A stretch of 64,000 bases of DNA, from the NCBI GenBank assembly GCA_963764165.1, contig CAVXRD010000002.1, positions 2,848,001 through 2,912,000 on the forward strand. The letters are read 5' to 3'. This stretch comes from an uncultured Verrucomicrobiae bacterium. GTDB taxonomy: Bacteria; Verrucomicrobiota; Verrucomicrobiia; Limisphaerales; Palsa-1400. Below the pieces are notes generated by a model that searched no databases, had not been told where the DNA came from, and saw only the letters and a list, made by a program, of their open reading frames with translations. Below are positions 61,628-64,000 of this stretch, piece by piece. Positions within the stretch are counted from its first letter, which is position 1. Every line of letters begins with the position of its first letter. The position numbers were made by a program, and so were the translations under genes.

Positions 61628-62668
61628 GTGCATAAACGACAATGGCTCCAGGTCGCGATGTCCTTCCTGCTGTTTGCCGGGGCGGTCACGGTCGGATTGA
61701 TTATTCTCTTGAACGCCGCCTTTCAGCGCCTGTCGCACAGCGAATTCGTCGCGCTGGCCGACGCCAACGCCCAATTCATCCGCGAGTCAAACATTCCCGC
61801 GACCGATCGCATGGCCAGTTACATGAGCCAGTTGCTGGGCATGAGAGTGCAATTCAATCAGCCGGCACTCTCGTCCGCGAGTCAGGACGTTGCCAGCGTG
61901 AATGTGATGCCGGGTGTTGAGTTGACGCTGGTGCGCGAGCGTCCAACACTGCGAGCGCTTCTGACTCGCCCCATCACAATTGTTTCGCTGCTGGTCTTTT
62001 GGGTGCTGTGGTTCGCGCTGGCGTGGGCGGTGGCGATTCCCTATATCCGCACGGAACGATTGGCCATGCTGGGGGGAATGGCAACGGCGATGGCGCATGA
62101 GATTCGCAATCCGGTAACGGCCATTCGGCTGCATGCCCAGTTGCTGCAGGAGACCGATGCCGCAACAGGCGGATTGATTGTGGGCGAAGCGTCACGCATT
62201 GAGGACATTGTCAACCAATGGATGTTTCTGGCCCGGCCCGCGCCGCCTCTTCGTCAAAGCGTCGCCGTCGCGGATTTGCTGGGGCACACCGCCGGCCTCC
62301 TTGCACCGTCCAGCCATTACGCGAAAGTTGAAGTTATTATTGACGCTGATCCCAAGTGGGAAATCTCCGTTGATCGCCAGCGGATGGAGCAGGTTTTCCA
62401 CAACATCATGCGCAATGCCATTCAAGCCATGCCGTCCGGCGGCGTCCTGACGATCACCGCGCGTGGAGGGACAATCAGTTTTGCCGACACCGGCAGGGGG
62501 TTTTCTGACAAGGCTCTCCGCCGCTGGCGCAATATGCTTTACTCTGAAAAGGAAGGCGGCATGGGCATCGGCCTCAATGTGGCGGATTCGATCGTTCGCG
62601 CCCACGGCGGAAAACTCGCGGTGGCGAACCGTTCCGGCGGCGGCGCGGTCGTCCGCATCGCTCTATGA
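61628..62668 (+). CDS. Membrane sensor histidine kinase
   Basis: Two TMs, AHEIRNP H-box, NAIQAM, DTGRG, GMGIGL. Confidence 0.92.
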   Translation: MHKRQWLQVAMSFLLFAGAVTVGLIILLNAAFQRLSHSEFVALADANAQFIRESNIPATDRMASYMSQLLGMRVQFNQPALSSASQDVASVNVMPGVELTLVRERPTLRALLTRPITIVSLLVFWVLWFALAWAVAIPYIRTERLAMLGGMATAMAHEIRNPVTAIRLHAQLLQETDAATGGLIVGEASRIEDIVNQWMFLARPAPPLRQSVAVADLLGHTAGLLAPSSHYAKVEVIIDADPKWEISVDRQRMEQVFHNIMRNAIQAMPSGGVLTITARGGTISFADTGRGFSDKALRRWRNMLYSEKEGGMGIGLNVADSIVRAHGGKLAVANRSGGGAVVRIAL

Positions 62669-64000
62669 GTGATCCCGATTTGCTGATTATTGAAGACGAA
62701 GTGGCGCTGGCGCGGGCGCTGGCAACCGTCGGAGCGCGGGTCGGCGCCGTTCCGAAGACTTGCGCGTCCGGAACGGCTGGATTGCAGGAATTGGCCAAGG
62801 GAAAGTTTCGCCTCGTCGTGCTCGACATTGGCTTGCCGGACATGAACGGCCTGGCGGTTTTGGAAAAAATGAACCGGCTGAAACCGCGTCCGCCCGCATT
62901 GATCATCACGGCGCACGGCACGCTCCAGAATGCGGTCTCGGCGCGCAAATTGGGCGCGGTCGGCTACCTGGTAAAGCCGTTGGATTTGCATGACCTCGAA
63001 AAGCGAATGCGCGATTTGCTCGCGCAGCCCGCGGAAAGCTCGCCCCGTCATCATCTGGCGGCGGCGGTTGAAGAAACGGGATCCTTGCTGGGCGGGGCTG
63101 GCTCGGAAATGCAGCGCGTTTTCATCGGCATCGCTCACGCAGCCAACAGCGACGCGCCCGCGATTCTGACAGGTCCGACTGGCACCGGCAAAACGCTCGC
63201 CGCCCAGGTGATTCATTCCAACAGCCAGAGGCGTTCCGGCCCATTCGTCACCTTGCTGTGCGGCGCGATCCCGCAGGATTTGTTGGAGAGCGAATTATTC
63301 GGCCACGAAAAAAACGCGTTCACCGGCGCGGCCTCGATGCGCCCCGGCCATCTCGAGAGAGCGGCCGGAGGAACTTTGCTTTTGGACGAGGTGGCGGACA
63401 TCCCGCTGGCGACGCAGGCAAAACTCCTGCGATTCGTCGAAGAAAAAACATTCAATCGCGTCGGCGGCCGCCACGATATTCGAGTGGACGCCCGATTGAT
63501 TGCGGCCACGAACAAATCTCTCCGCGAGGAAGTTCAGGCGGGGCGATTTCGTGAAGACCTTTACTATCGGCTCCACGTTCTGGAAATCGAACTTCCGCCG
63601 CTGGCCAAGCGGCGCGAGGACATTCCAGCGCTCGCCGCGTATTTTCTTTCCAAGTTCGCGGCGGGCCGAGAACTGAGTTTTAACGCGGATTCCAACCGGC
63701 TCCTGCTGAATTATCCGTGGCCGGGAAATGTTCGAGAACTCCGCAATGCCATCGAGCATGCCGTGGCGGTCTGCGCCGGGGCGTCGATCCAGCCGCAGCA
63801 TTTTCCAGCGGCGCTCTTGCAGCCCGCGCTGAATTCAAACTCCATCGACCTCGACACCACGTTGCGGCAATGGGTTGCCGCGAAAGTCCAGGAGGGAGCG
63901 ACTTACAAGGAGCTTTATTCGGAGGTCGAAACGACCCTGTTGAAGAACCTCCTTCAACAATTCGGGCAGAAGCCAACCATCCTCGCGCGCGTGCTGAAAA
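62665..64000 (+). CDS. NtrC-family sigma54-dependent response regulator; truncated by the window end
   Basis: Absent from the ORF track. ATG 62665: LIIEDE..LDIGLPD..KP receiver; GPTGTGKT, ESELFGHEKNAFTGA, LLDEV, FREDLYYRL, WPGNVREL. Confidence 0.93.
   Translation, partial: MSDPDLLIIEDEVALARALATVGARVGAVPKTCASGTAGLQELAKGKFRLVVLDIGLPDMNGLAVLEKMNRLKPRPPALIITAHGTLQNAVSARKLGAVGYLVKPLDLHDLEKRMRDLLAQPAESSPRHHLAAAVEETGSLLGGAGSEMQRVFIGIAHAANSDAPAILTGPTGTGKTLAAQVIHSNSQRRSGPFVTLLCGAIPQDLLESELFGHEKNAFTGAASMRPGHLERAAGGTLLLDEVADIPLATQAKLLRFVEEKTFNRVGGRHDIRVDARLIAATNKSLREEVQAGRFREDLYYRLHVLEIELPPLAKRREDIPALAAYFLSKFAAGRELSFNADSNRLLLNYPWPGNVRELRNAIEHAVAVCAGASIQPQHFPAALLQPALNSNSIDLDTTLRQWVAAKVQEGATYKELYSEVETTLLKNLLQQFGQKPTILARVLK

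Overview
Bacterial chromosomal window, very probably Verrucomicrobiota (soil subdivision-3 type). This is inferred from a PEP-CTERM protein, a prepilin/H-X9-DG protein, many secreted beta-rich proteins and the REP families. The housekeeping backbone is rich in nitrogen genes: glnK-amtB behind a clear sigma54 promoter, glnA, gltBD, a ureidoglycine aminohydrolase plus a plant-type ureidoglycolate amidohydrolase, and an NtrBC-like pair. It also carries tolQRAB-pal, mqnC, queE-aminotransferase-rsmA-NUDIX, rluE, and M16 and M1 peptidases. Accessory content comprises one complete 1300-bp IS4-family element inserted into the loop of a REP hairpin (9-bp TSD), several REP/MITE families (one appears to supply the queE start codon; another looks like deleted GxxExxY cassettes), two toxin-antitoxin pairs (one toxin with an in-frame TAG) and a bioA fragment. 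There are two best candidates for undescribed systems. (i) A surface locus at 36.3-40.3 kb: a PstS-fold-like secreted protein with a structured leader, a secreted protein ending in a small beta-domain shared with two other proteins here, and a putative porin with a Pho-box-like repeat. (ii) A GT2/GT-C/GMC-oxidoreductase/epimerase cluster suggesting lipid-linked sugar modification. No tRNA, rRNA or CRISPR array was seen. All family assignments are from motif recognition, not database searches.
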